Both the position numbers and the translations under genes were made by a program. A model generated the notes under the pieces. The model saw only the letters and a program-made list of their open reading frames with translations, was not told where the DNA came from and did not search any database. A DNA stretch of 27,260 nucleotides from Candidatus Methylomirabilia bacterium (GTDB lineage: Bacteria; Methylomirabilota; Methylomirabilia; Rokubacteriales; DASRDR01). Positions 15,658-25,150 of this stretch are shown here, piece by piece. Positions within the stretch are counted from its first letter, which is position 1; each line of letters begins with the position of its first letter. The stretch covers positions 1 to 27,260 of the forward strand of contig JBGQGN010000001.1 in the NCBI GenBank assembly GCA_041497395.1, in the 5' to 3' direction.

Positions 15658-16826
15658 TCGAACGCGTGACCGGGACGGCTCGCCGCCCCTCCGCCGGGCG
15701 GGCGATCGCGGCTGTCGTCGTGGGGCTCGCGTGCGCGGCGGGGATGGCGAGCCCCGCGCGGGCGCTCGAGCCGATCCGGATCGCGCTCGCGGACGGTGCT
15801 CGTCATGTGGAGATCGGCGTGGCCGAGGCCGTGACGGTGCTCGACCCGGCCGCCGGGCGGGCGCTCTTCAGCCTGTCCGGTCCGCGCATCCTGCGCGTGG
15901 TGCCGTCGGGTCCGGGGCTGGACGTGGTCGGGGCCCGGCGGGTGGATCTGCCTCGCCTCCGCATCGAAGTGCGACGCGGCCCCCTCCGGGTGGGCACGCG
16001 AGACTACATCGGAGCGCTCGAGATATGGCGCCAGGCGGACGGGCTCCTCCTGGTGAACGAGCTGCCCATGGAGGAATACGTCGCCGGAACGGTGCGCGGT
16101 GAGGCCTCCGAGCGGTGGCCCGTGGAGGCCCTGCGGGCGCTGGCGGTGGTGGCGCGCACCTATGCCGTCTTCCAGCAGAGCCGCGCCGCGGGGAAGGCGT
16201 TCCACGTCGTCGCGAGCAACCAGGACCAGAACTTCGCCGGCTGGGCGGCGGAGGGGTCGCCCGCGCGGGAGGCCGCCCGGACGACGGCCGGCCAAGCGCT
16301 GACCTGGCAGGGTCGGGTGTTCCCGGCCTTCTACCACTCGGACTCCGGCGGTTTCACCGAGGCGGCGCAGAGCGTCTTCTCGGGGGACGGTGTCCCCCCG
16401 CTCGAGGGCGTCCGCGACGAGTTCTCCATGGAGTCGCCGAACTACACGTGGACCATGACCCTCCCGCTCACCGTGATCGGTGAGCGGCTCCGCCGGGGAG
16501 GGCTCGAAGTGGGGCAGGTGACCCGGCTCACGGTGCTCGAGCGCAGCCCCTCCTTCCGCGTCGCGCGGCTCGCCGTCGAGCACTCTCGTGGGACAGCCAC
16601 GCTCCGGGGGGCCGACTTCCGGCGGCTGATCGGGTACGATGCGTTGAAGAGCACGCTCTTCGTCCCGGTCGCCCAGGACGGTGTGGTGCGGTTCGAGGGG
16701 CGCGGCTGGGGGCATGGCGTGGGCCTGTCCCAGTTCGGCGCCAAGGGCATGGCCGACCGCGGATACGCGTATCCTCAGATCCTCGAGCACTACTATCCGG
16801 GCACCGCCTTGGCGACCCTGCGGTGA
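15654..16826 (+). CDS. SpoIID/LytB-domain protein (lytic transglycosylase-like)
   Basis: Signal peptide, NELPMEEYVAG..E, EALRALAVVARTYA, AFYHS.SGG.TE, LKSTLF and GRGWGHGVGLSQFGAKGMA..G...QILEHYYPG. Confidence 0.88.
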   Translation: MIERVTGTARRPSAGRAIAAVVVGLACAAGMASPARALEPIRIALADGARHVEIGVAEAVTVLDPAAGRALFSLSGPRILRVVPSGPGLDVVGARRVDLPRLRIEVRRGPLRVGTRDYIGALEIWRQADGLLLVNELPMEEYVAGTVRGEASERWPVEALRALAVVARTYAVFQQSRAAGKAFHVVASNQDQNFAGWAAEGSPAREAARTTAGQALTWQGRVFPAFYHSDSGGFTEAAQSVFSGDGVPPLEGVRDEFSMESPNYTWTMTLPLTVIGERLRRGGLEVGQVTRLTVLERSPSFRVARLAVEHSRGTATLRGADFRRLIGYDALKSTLFVPVAQDGVVRFEGRGWGHGVGLSQFGAKGMADRGYAYPQILEHYYPGTALATLR

Positions 16827-16863
16827 GAGGGGGCCGGAGGGCGACTGACAAGCCCCAGATCCC

Positions 16864-17199
16864 ATGAGCGAGATCACCTGGAGCGACTTCGAGCGAGTGG
16901 ACATGCGGGTTGGCACCGTCGTGCGGGCCGAGCCCTTCCCGGAGGCTCGGAAGCCGGCGTACAAGCTCTGGATCGATCTCGGCCCGCTCGGGGAGCGGCG
17001 GTCGAGCGCTCAGATCACCGACCGGTACCGGCCCGAGGACCTGCTCGGGCGCCAGGTTGTGTGCGTCGTCAACTTCCCGCCGAAGCGGATCGGGCCCTTC
17101 GTCTCCGAGGTGCTCGTGCTAGGGGCCTACGTCGACGGCCACACGGTCGTCCTCCTCCGTCCCGACCAGGACATGGAGCGGGGAAGCCGCATTGGCTAG
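16864..17199 (+). CDS. csaA: CsaA-type tRNA-binding / secretion chaperone (OB fold, 111 aa)
   Basis: ITWSDFERVDMRVGTV, FPEARKPAYKLWIDLG, SSAQIT..Y and VVNFPPKRIG.FVSEVLVLG. Confidence 0.87.
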   Translation: MSEITWSDFERVDMRVGTVVRAEPFPEARKPAYKLWIDLGPLGERRSSAQITDRYRPEDLLGRQVVCVVNFPPKRIGPFVSEVLVLGAYVDGHTVVLLRPDQDMERGSRIG

Positions 17200-18259
17200 C
17201 GCGGCCCCGGTCGCCGGCGACCTCGCCCAGTTCGACTACGCGCTCCCCCCGGACCGGATCGCCCAGGAGCCGGCGGAGCCGCGCGACGCGGCGCGCCTCC
17301 TCGTTCTCGACCAGCGGTCCGACGCGCTCGGGGATGCCCGGGTGAGCGACCTCCCGCGCTTCCTGCGGGCGGGGGACTGCCTCGTGGTGAACGACACGCG
17401 GGTCCTGCCCGCCCGGCTCCTCGGGCGAATCGAGGGTACCGAGCGCGACGTCGAGATGCTGCTGCTCCACCCGGTCGGTGACGCGTGGGCCGCGCTCCTC
17501 CGTCCGGCCCGGCGCTGTCCGGTCGGGACGACGGTTGTCCTGGCCGACGGGGCTGCCCGGGCGACCGTGACCGCCCGGGAGGAGCTGGGGCGGGCGCGCG
17601 TCCGGCTCGACGGGACCGGTCCGGTCGAGACGTTCCTCGAGGTCCATGGGCTGCCGCCGCTCCCGCCGTACATCCACCGGTACCGGAAGCCCGGCGGCGA
17701 GGACTGGGCGCGCTACCAGACCGTCTACGCGGCCCGGCCCGGCGCCGTGGCCGCGCCGACGGCAGGCCTTCACTTCACCCCGGCGCTGCTCGCCGCCCTC
17801 GGGGCGCGGGGCATCGAGCTCCACCGGGTGACGCTCCACGTCGGCCCGGGCACCTTCCGGCCCGTCCGTGCCGAGCGGGTTGCCGAGCATCGGGTGGAGG
17901 CGGAGCGGTTCGAGGTCTCCGAGGCCACGGCGACGGCGGTCGGCCGCGCCCGGCGCGAGGGCCGCCGCGTGGTGGCGGTGGGGACGACGACCGTCCGGGT
18001 GCTCGAGACCGTGGCTGCCCCGGATGGCTGCGTGGCCCCGGGAGCCGGCTGGACCGACCTCACCATCGTGCCCGGACACCGGTTCCGCGCGGTCGACGCT
18101 CTCCTCACGAACTTCCACCTGCCACGCTCGTCGCTGCTCCTCCTGGTTTCGGCCTTCGCCGGGCGCGAGCGGGTGCTCGACGCCTACGCTCACGCCATCG
18201 CCGCCGGCTACCGGTTCTACAGCTACGGCGACGCCATGCTGATCACGGATGGGGGCTAG
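17192..18259 (+). CDS. queA: S-adenosylmethionine:tRNA ribosyltransferase-isomerase
   Basis: FDYALPPDRIAQ, LVVNDTRVLPARL, PLPPYI, YQTVYA..GAVAAPTAGLHFT, TLHVGPGTF, AVGTT and TNFHLPRS...YRFYSYGDAM. TTG start overlaps the csaA stop. Confidence 0.95.
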   Translation: MASAAPVAGDLAQFDYALPPDRIAQEPAEPRDAARLLVLDQRSDALGDARVSDLPRFLRAGDCLVVNDTRVLPARLLGRIEGTERDVEMLLLHPVGDAWAALLRPARRCPVGTTVVLADGAARATVTAREELGRARVRLDGTGPVETFLEVHGLPPLPPYIHRYRKPGGEDWARYQTVYAARPGAVAAPTAGLHFTPALLAALGARGIELHRVTLHVGPGTFRPVRAERVAEHRVEAERFEVSEATATAVGRARREGRRVVAVGTTTVRVLETVAAPDGCVAPGAGWTDLTIVPGHRFRAVDALLTNFHLPRSSLLLLVSAFAGRERVLDAYAHAIAAGYRFYSYGDAMLITDGG

Positions 18260-18262
18260 CCC

Positions 18263-19438
18263 TTGACCCCATCCTTCGAGCTGCTGGCGCAGGATGGCGA
18301 GGCGCGACGGGGCCGACTCCACACCCCGCACGGCACCGTCGCCACGCCCGCCTTCATGCCGGTCGGGACGCTGGGAACGGTCAAGAGCCTCACCCCCGCG
18401 GATCTCCGGGAGATCGGGGCCGAGATCGTCCTCGCCAACACCTACCACCTGTTCCTGCGGCCCGGTCCCGCGCTGATCGCCGAGCTCGGGGGTCTCCACC
18501 GCTTCATGGCGTGGGATGGGCCCATCCTCACCGACTCGGGTGGGTTCCAGGTGTGGAGCCTCGCCGCGCTCCGGACCATCCGTGAGGAAGGGGTGCGCTT
18601 CCGCTCGCACCTCGACGGCGGCACGGAGCATCTGCTCACGCCCGAGCTGGTCGTCGAGGTACAACAGGCGCTCGGGGTCGACGTGCTGCATCCCCTCGAC
18701 GAGTGCCTGCCTTACCCGGCGTCGCGGGACGCGGCCGAAGCGTCCCTGGGGCGCACGCTCCGCTGGGCCCGACGGGCGCACGCGGCGCACGCGGCCGGGC
18801 GGCGTCCGGGCCAGGCGTGCTTCGGCATCGTCCAGGGCGGAATGTACCCGGATCTTCGGCGGGCGGCCGTGACGGAGACCTGCGCGCTCGGGTTCGACGG
18901 CTACGCGCTCGGAGGGTTCGCGGTCGGCGAGCCCCGGGGGCTCATGCGCGAGCTGGTCGGGCTCACGACCGCTGCCCTCCCCGCCGACCGGCCCCGGTAC
19001 CTGATGGGGGTCGGCCGTCCAGGGGACCTGGTGGACGCGGTGGCAGCCGGGGTGGACATGTTCGACTGCGTGCTGCCGACCCGGCACGCCCGGACTGGCC
19101 AGGCGTTCACCAGCCGGGGTCTGGTGGTCATCCGCCACGCCGCGCATGCCCGGGCCCCCGAGCCGCTCGACCCGTCATGCCCGTGCTACGCGTGCCGGCA
19201 CTTCTCGCGCGCCTACCTCCGGCACCTCTTCCTGGCGCGGGAGCTCACCGTGTACCGGCTCCTCACGCTCCACAACCTGACATACTATCTCGGCTTGATG
19301 GCCGGCCTGCGCGCCGCCATCTCGGCCGGCACCTTCGCCGCGCTCCGACAGGCCGTGCTCGAGGCCTATGGCTCGGACGACGCCGAGCCGGTGACCGCGC
19401 CGGGTGGCGAACCGCCCGGGCAAGAGGAGGCATCGTGA
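18263..19438 (+). CDS. tgt: Bacterial tRNA-guanine transglycosylase (preQ1 type)
   Basis: TPAFMPVGT, LANTYHLFLRPG, LTDSGGFQV, DEC, GIVQGG, GG.AVGE, YLMGVG, DMFDCVLPTR and Zn ligands CPCYAC...HN. Confidence 0.96.
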   Translation: MTPSFELLAQDGEARRGRLHTPHGTVATPAFMPVGTLGTVKSLTPADLREIGAEIVLANTYHLFLRPGPALIAELGGLHRFMAWDGPILTDSGGFQVWSLAALRTIREEGVRFRSHLDGGTEHLLTPELVVEVQQALGVDVLHPLDECLPYPASRDAAEASLGRTLRWARRAHAAHAAGRRPGQACFGIVQGGMYPDLRRAAVTETCALGFDGYALGGFAVGEPRGLMRELVGLTTAALPADRPRYLMGVGRPGDLVDAVAAGVDMFDCVLPTRHARTGQAFTSRGLVVIRHAAHARAPEPLDPSCPCYACRHFSRAYLRHLFLARELTVYRLLTLHNLTYYLGLMAGLRAAISAGTFAALRQAVLEAYGSDDAEPVTAPGGEPPGQEEAS

Positions 19439-19773
19439 TCGACCTCGCCTACGCCATGGGGCCGTCACCGCAGTCGGGTGGTGGCGCCGCGTCCATGCTG
19501 ATCCAGCTCGTGCCGATCGCGCTCGTGCTGGGCATCTTCTTCTTCCTCGTCATTCGCCCCCAGCAGCAGGAGCGTCGGAGGCGCGAGCAGATGCTCGCCA
19601 GCCTGAAGAAGGGTGACCGGGTGGTGACGTCCGGAGGCCTGATCGGCACGGTCGTCGGCGTGACGGACCGGAAGGTCAGCCTGAAGCTCGGGGACTCCAT
19701 CCGCGTGGAGTGTCTCAGGAGCGCGATCACGGGGTTCGAGTCCGACGGCAAGGCCGACGCGGACCCGGCCTGA
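19435..19773 (+). CDS. yajC: Preprotein translocase subunit YajC (112 aa)
   Basis: 3' part of ORF 18703-19773 from GTG 19435 (SD GAGGAGG, GTGA overlap with tgt): one TM, FLVIRPQQ and LKKGDRVVTSGGLIG. Confidence 0.93.
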   Translation: MIDLAYAMGPSPQSGGGAASMLIQLVPIALVLGIFFFLVIRPQQQERRRREQMLASLKKGDRVVTSGGLIGTVVGVTDRKVSLKLGDSIRVECLRSAITGFESDGKADADPA

Positions 19774-19784
19774 CGGGAGCGACC

Positions 19785-21353
19785 ATGCCTCGCTACCTCT
19801 GGCTTCGCATCGGCGTCGTGGCGGCCGTCATCGTGGGATCCCTGCTCCTGGTCGCACCCCGCGACTGGCGGGGCCAGCCCCGCAAGCCGATCAACCTCGG
19901 CCTGGACCTCCAGGGCGGGATCCATCTGGTCCTCGGCGTGGACCTCGAGAAGGGGATCGAGAACGTGCTCGACCGCATGGCGGGGGACCTGCGGGCGGCA
20001 CTTCAGAAGAAGGGCATCGGCGCCCAGGTCACCCGCCAGGGACGCACGGGGCTCGTGGTCCAGATCAGCTCCCCCCAGGCGTTCCAGGAGGCGCAGCAGG
20101 CCCTGGCCAGCTTCGTCGAGTTCGACACGCGGTCGCAGGACCCGGCGGCGGGCCGGATCGAGCTCGCCCTCAAGGAGAAGGTGATCACGGAGCGCCGCAA
20201 CTCCTTCGTGGATCAGGGACTCAAGGTCATCCGGAACCGCGTCGACCAGTTCGGCGTGGCGGAGCCGACCATCCAGAAGCAGGGCGAGAACCGCATCCTC
20301 GTCCAGCTGCCCGGCGTTCAGGATCCCGCCCGGGCGAAGGCGCTCATCGGGAAGACCGCGGTGCTGGAGTTCAAGCTGGTCGACGACCAGGTGGTGGACG
20401 TGGCCCGGGTCGTCCAGGAGGGGCCGCCCCCCGGCGACGAGGTTCTCTACGGACGGCGTGTGGACCGCACGACGAAGGCCGAGACGCGAGTCCCCTACGT
20501 GGTCAAGAAGGAGGTCCTGCTGACCGGCGATGTCATCTCGGACGCCACGGTCCGCGTCTCCGACGTGGGCGAGCCGTACGTCTCGGTGTCGTTCGACAGC
20601 GTCGGCGCGCGCCTCTTTGGCGAGGCGACCGAGAAGAACGTGGGCAAGGCGCTCGCGATCGTCCTCGACGGCAACGTCCACTCCGCGCCCGTGATCCGCG
20701 AGCGCATTCCCTCGGGGCAGGCTCAGATTTCCGGGGGTTTCACCTTCGAGGAGGCCACCGACCTCGCGATCGTGCTGCGGACGGGGGCGCTGCAGGCGCC
20801 GGTCCAGGTCCTCGAGGAGCGCACGGTCGGCCCGTCGCTCGGCGCGGACTCGATCCGCAAGGGCGTCATCTCGACGGCCGCCGGCGCTCTGGCCGTGTTC
20901 CTGTTCATGCTGATCTACTACCGGCTGTCGGGCGCGATCGCCGACCTGGCGCTCCTGCTCAACCTCGCCATCCTCCTTGGGGCGTTGGCCTGGTTCCAGG
21001 CGACGCTCACGTTGCCCGGCATCGCCGGCATCGTGCTGACGATCGGCATGGCGGTCGACACCAACATCCTCATCTTCGAGCGCATCCGAGAGGAGTTCCG
21101 GCTCGGAAAGACCGTCCGGGCGGCGATCGACGCGGGCTTCCGGCGGGCGTTCACGACGGTCATCGACACCCACGTGACGGTGGTCGTGTCGGGCATCATC
21201 CTCTACCAGTTCGGGACGGGACCGATCAAGGGCTTCGCCGTCACGCTCATGTTGGGTATCGTGGCCAGCCTGTTCACGGCGGTCTTCTTCACGCGCCTGA
21301 TCTTCGACTTGGTCTACATGGGCCGCCGGCGGCTCCAGACGCTGTCCATCTGA
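19785..21353 (+). CDS. secD: Protein translocase subunit SecD (522 aa)
   Basis: INLGLDLQGG, IRNRVDQFGVAEPTIQ, ILVQLPG, ERTVGPSLG, TLTLPGIAGIVLTIGMAVD.NILIFERIREE and GPIKGFA. ATG 19785 follows SD GGGAG. Confidence 0.95.
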   Translation: MPRYLWLRIGVVAAVIVGSLLLVAPRDWRGQPRKPINLGLDLQGGIHLVLGVDLEKGIENVLDRMAGDLRAALQKKGIGAQVTRQGRTGLVVQISSPQAFQEAQQALASFVEFDTRSQDPAAGRIELALKEKVITERRNSFVDQGLKVIRNRVDQFGVAEPTIQKQGENRILVQLPGVQDPARAKALIGKTAVLEFKLVDDQVVDVARVVQEGPPPGDEVLYGRRVDRTTKAETRVPYVVKKEVLLTGDVISDATVRVSDVGEPYVSVSFDSVGARLFGEATEKNVGKALAIVLDGNVHSAPVIRERIPSGQAQISGGFTFEEATDLAIVLRTGALQAPVQVLEERTVGPSLGADSIRKGVISTAAGALAVFLFMLIYYRLSGAIADLALLLNLAILLGALAWFQATLTLPGIAGIVLTIGMAVDTNILIFERIREEFRLGKTVRAAIDAGFRRAFTTVIDTHVTVVVSGIILYQFGTGPIKGFAVTLMLGIVASLFTAVFFTRLIFDLVYMGRRRLQTLSI

Positions 21354-21381
21354 GGCGGCGGGGACAAGAGGGCGGCACGCG

Positions 21382-22329
21382 ATGCTCCAGATCTTCGTCA
21401 ACGCGAAGTACGACTTCATCAGCAAGCGGCGCTGGGCCTATGCCATCTCCCTGATCGTGACCCTGGCCGGGCTGGCCCACATCGCCTGGCAGGGCGGGCT
21501 CCGGTATGGCATCGACTTCTCCGGCGGCACGCTGGTGCAGGTGCGCTTCCAGCAGGGCACGACGGTCGACGCCGTGCGGAGCGCGCTGGACCGGGTCCGC
21601 CTCGGGGAGAGCGTCATCCAGGAATTCGGCGACGCCCAGGAGTACCTGGTCCGGGTCCCCGCGTCGAGCGGGGCCCTCGAGGAGATCTCGAAGAAGGTCG
21701 AGCAGGGGGTCCGCGAGGCCGGGCTGCCCGCCTTCGAGGTGCGCCGGCTCGAGTTCGTCGGGCCCCAGGTTGGCCGAGACCTGCAGTTGCAGGCGGTCTA
21801 TGCGGTGCTCGCGGGCATGGCGGGGATCCTCGTCTACGTGGCGTTCCGCTTCGACTTCCGGGGCGGGGTCGCGGCGATCATCGCGCTCCTGCACGACATC
21901 CTCGTGGCCCTCGCCGCCCTGTCGATCGCCAACCGCGAGATGTCGCTCCCGGTGCTGGCGGCGCTTCTCACGATCGTGGGGTTCTCCATCAACGACACGA
22001 TCGTCGTTTTCGATCGCATCCGGGAGACCCGCGGCCGAGGGCTGCGGAAGGGCGAGACCCTGGCCAACGTCATCAACGTGGCCATCAACCAGACGCTGTC
22101 CCGGACGGTTCTCACCTCGCTGACGGTCTTCCTGGTCGTGGCCATCCTGTACGTGGCGGGGGGCGAGGTGCTGCGGGACTTCGCGTTCGCGCTGCTGGTG
22201 GGTGTGGTGACCGGGACCTACTCCTCGGTCTTCGTCGCCGCGCCGATCATCGTGGACTGGGAGAACTGGGGCCAGGCGCGCCAGCGGGGGGCCAAAAAGA
22301 CCGTGGTGAAGGCGAGCGCCGGGCGGTAA
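21382..22329 (+). CDS. secF: Protein translocase subunit SecF (315 aa)
   Basis: GIDFSGG, EFVGPQVG, HD, LTIVGFSINDTIVVFDRIRE, QTLSRT and GTYSSVFVA. Confidence 0.95.
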   Translation: MLQIFVNAKYDFISKRRWAYAISLIVTLAGLAHIAWQGGLRYGIDFSGGTLVQVRFQQGTTVDAVRSALDRVRLGESVIQEFGDAQEYLVRVPASSGALEEISKKVEQGVREAGLPAFEVRRLEFVGPQVGRDLQLQAVYAVLAGMAGILVYVAFRFDFRGGVAAIIALLHDILVALAALSIANREMSLPVLAALLTIVGFSINDTIVVFDRIRETRGRGLRKGETLANVINVAINQTLSRTVLTSLTVFLVVAILYVAGGEVLRDFAFALLVGVVTGTYSSVFVAAPIIVDWENWGQARQRGAKKTVVKASAGR

Positions 22330-22424
22330 ACTGCTGGGCTACCCGGCGGCCGTCGGGCCGCTTCCCGGGCCGGGGCGCGTAGCGCCCCAGCGAGTGCCCC
22401 GTGGGCGAGCCGGGACGCGCGCAC

Positions 22425-24578
22425 ATGCGGACGCTGAGCGACCTCCTGATCGAGATCCCCCGCTACCAGTCGGGCGGGGACGTTGACGTTGTCCGCCGGG
22501 CCTACGAGTTCACCCAGGAGGTCCATCGGGGCCAGCTCCGGGTGTCCGGCGAGCCCTACGACATCCACCCCTTGGCCGTCGCCGGCCTCCTCGTCGAGTT
22601 CAAGATGGACGCCACGACCGTGGCGGCCGGGCTTCTCCACGACGTCCTCGAGGACACGGCGACCAGCAAGGCCGTTCTCGTGGAGCGGTTCGGGGGCGAC
22701 ATCGCCGAGCTGGTCGACGGGGTCACCAAGATCGGGAAGCTCGCCTTCGCGAGCCGCGAGGAGCGGCAGGCGGAGAACTTCCGCAAGATGCTGGTCGCCA
22801 TGGCCCGGGATATCCGGGTCCTGATGATCAAGCTGGCCGACCGGCTCCACAACATGCGCACCCTCCACTACCTGCCTCCGGAGAAGCAGCGCGCGATCGG
22901 CCGGGAGACCCTGGACATCTACGCGCCGCTCGCTCACCGGCTGGGTATGGCGAAGGTCAAGGGCGAGCTGGAGGACCTGGCACTCAAGGCGCTCCATTCC
23001 GAGGTGTACGACGACCTCCAGCGTCGGGTGGCCAAGCGGCGCCTCGAGCGCGAGGCCGAGATCAACCAGGTCATCACGATCATCTCGGCGAAGCTGTCCG
23101 AGGTCGGGATCTCGGGGCAGATCACCGGGCGGCCGAAGCACTTCTACTCGATCTACAAGAAGATGCAGGCGGGGCGCGAGTTCGACGAGATCTACGATCT
23201 CACCGCCGTCCGGATCCTCACCCCGACTGTGCGCGAGTGCTACGGCGCGCTGGGCATGGTCCATTCGCTCTGGAAGCCCGTGCCCGGCCGCTTCAAGGAC
23301 TTCATCGCGATCCCGAAGTCGAACATGTACCAGTCCCTCCACACGACGGTCATCGGGCCGAAGGGCGATCCCGTGGAGATCCAGATCCGGACGCCCGACA
23401 TGCACCGGATCGCCGAGGAGGGAATCGCCGCGCACTGGCTCTACAAGGAGAAGAAGGACCGCACGGGGCTCGACCAGGCATTCGTCTGGCTGCGGCAGCT
23501 GCTCGAGTGGCAGAAGGAGATGAAGGACCCCCGGGAGTTCATGGAGACCGTCAAGGTCGACCTGTTCCCGGACGAGGTCTACGTGTTCACGCCGAAGGGC
23601 GACGTGAAGGCGCTCCCCGAGGGCTCGACGCCGATCGACTTCGCGTACGCGGTCCATACGGAGGTCGGCAACCACTGTGTCGGCGCCCGCGTCAACGGGA
23701 AGCTCGTGCCTCTTCGCCAGGTCCTCCGGCAGGGCGACATCGTCGAGGTCGTCACGTCGCCCACCCAGAAGCCGTCGCGCGACTGGCTCAAGACCATCAA
23801 GTCGACGCGGGCCCGGTCCAGGGTCAAGCAGTGGCTTCGGACCGAGGAGCGGGCCCGCTCGGTCTCGATCGGCCGAGAGCTTCTCGATCGCGAGGCGAAG
23901 AAGCACCGCGTGTCGCTCGCGACGATTCTCGAGTCAGAGGAGTTCCGGAAGCTCACGGTCGAGCACGGATACACGACGGCCGACGACCTCATCGCCGGAC
24001 TCGGGTACGGCAAGCTCGCCGCGTCCACCGTCCTGTCGCGGTTCCTCCCGCCGGATGCGCCGGATGCGCCGGACGAGCCCCGGACAGAGGCGAAGCCCCC
24101 GAAGCCCGTCCGCCCGCGGATGGAGACGGGCGGCGTCACGGTCAAGGGCGTGGACGACGTGCTCGTGCGGTTCGCGAAATGCTGCGGCCCGGTGCCGGGT
24201 GACCCGATCGTGGGCTTCATCACCCGGGGGCGCGGGATCACCGTGCACGCGCAGGACTGCCCCAACCTCGCCGCGGGCGCCATCGACAGTGAGCGAAAGG
24301 TGACGGTGGAGTGGGCGGTCGCCGACCAACAGGCGTTGCCCGTGAAGATCGCCGTGCACATCGGGCGGGACCGGCCCGGTCTGCTCGCCGACATCTCGAC
24401 GGCCATCTCCTCGCGCCAGGCCAACATCGTGAAGGCCGAGGTGACGGTCACCGAGGACCGCAAGGGGCTGAACCATTTCACCGTGGAGGTCAAGGATCTC
24501 GACCAGCTCCAGAGCGTCATGGCGGCGATCTCGGCCATCAAGGACGTCATCGACGTCGAGCGGGTCCGCGGGCTCTAG
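22425..24578 (+). CDS. rel: Bifunctional long RSH (p)ppGpp synthetase/hydrolase Rel (717 aa)
   Basis: Intact HD hydrolase (HPLAVA, LLHDVLED, KLADRLHN), synthetase (RPKH.YSI, RFKD, YQSLHTT, EIQIRT), TGS (FTPKG, DFAYAVHTEVG), CC/ZFD (KCC.P.PGD) and ACT (DRPGLL). ATG 22425 preferred over GTG 22401. Confidence 0.95.
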   Translation: MRTLSDLLIEIPRYQSGGDVDVVRRAYEFTQEVHRGQLRVSGEPYDIHPLAVAGLLVEFKMDATTVAAGLLHDVLEDTATSKAVLVERFGGDIAELVDGVTKIGKLAFASREERQAENFRKMLVAMARDIRVLMIKLADRLHNMRTLHYLPPEKQRAIGRETLDIYAPLAHRLGMAKVKGELEDLALKALHSEVYDDLQRRVAKRRLEREAEINQVITIISAKLSEVGISGQITGRPKHFYSIYKKMQAGREFDEIYDLTAVRILTPTVRECYGALGMVHSLWKPVPGRFKDFIAIPKSNMYQSLHTTVIGPKGDPVEIQIRTPDMHRIAEEGIAAHWLYKEKKDRTGLDQAFVWLRQLLEWQKEMKDPREFMETVKVDLFPDEVYVFTPKGDVKALPEGSTPIDFAYAVHTEVGNHCVGARVNGKLVPLRQVLRQGDIVEVVTSPTQKPSRDWLKTIKSTRARSRVKQWLRTEERARSVSIGRELLDREAKKHRVSLATILESEEFRKLTVEHGYTTADDLIAGLGYGKLAASTVLSRFLPPDAPDAPDEPRTEAKPPKPVRPRMETGGVTVKGVDDVLVRFAKCCGPVPGDPIVGFITRGRGITVHAQDCPNLAAGAIDSERKVTVEWAVADQQALPVKIAVHIGRDRPGLLADISTAISSRQANIVKAEVTVTEDRKGLNHFTVEVKDLDQLQSVMAAISAIKDVIDVERVRGL

Positions 24579-24607
24579 GGCGCGCCGGCCGCCCGGCCGT
24601 CCCTGCC

Positions 24608-24991
24608 ATGGTCGAGATCGGCCGTAAGGAGTTCGAGCAGCTCGTGGCGCGGGCCCTGCGGCGGCTGCCGCGGCGCTTCCGCGAGCGCCTCGAGAACATC
24701 GCCGTTGTCGTCGAGGACTGGGCCGACGACGACACTCTGGACGAGATGGACATCGAGCCGCCCGACACGCTCTACGGCCTCTATCGCGGGACCGACCTCA
24801 CGCGCCGGGACACGAACTACGGGAACGTCCTGCCGGACGTGATCACGATCTACCAAGGGCCGATCCAGGAGGACTGCGAGACGGTCGAGGAGATGGAGGA
24901 GCTGGTCCGGGACACGGTCGTCCACGAGGTCGGGCACTACTTCGGCCTGGACGACGACCGGCTGTCCGAGCTGGAGGACGGCTCGGTCTAG
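24608..24991 (+). CDS. Minimal zincin-like metallopeptidase (Zincin_1-like, 127 aa)
   Basis: 3' part of ORF 24311-24991 from ATG 24608: FEQLV..AL..LP.RF...LEN..VVVED, LYGLY.G, PDVITIYQGPI and TVVHEVGHYFG (HExxH). Confidence 0.85.
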   Translation: MVEIGRKEFEQLVARALRRLPRRFRERLENIAVVVEDWADDDTLDEMDIEPPDTLYGLYRGTDLTRRDTNYGNVLPDVITIYQGPIQEDCETVEEMEELVRDTVVHEVGHYFGLDDDRLSELEDGSV

Positions 24992-25150
24992 TGGTGGCCC
25001 CCGCACCGTCGAGGATGACGTGCAACGCCTGATTGTAATGGATTCGTGCCACGCGGCCATGGACGCACGGGACGTGGCCGAACGGCTGGACCGGGGCCTC
25101 CCTCGACCGGCGCCCGGCTGGGCGCCGCCTGTCACCGGCGGGCGGGCAGG

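Noticed and set aside
22327-22332. TAAACT as a rel promoter -10 box
   Set aside because: It coincides with the secF stop codon and has no convincing -35. Possible but unsupported.
24051-24077. 9-bp tandem repeat CCGGATGCG in rel
   Set aside because: Encodes PDA-PDA-PDE in a flexible linker. In-frame and too short to suggest a functional repeat.
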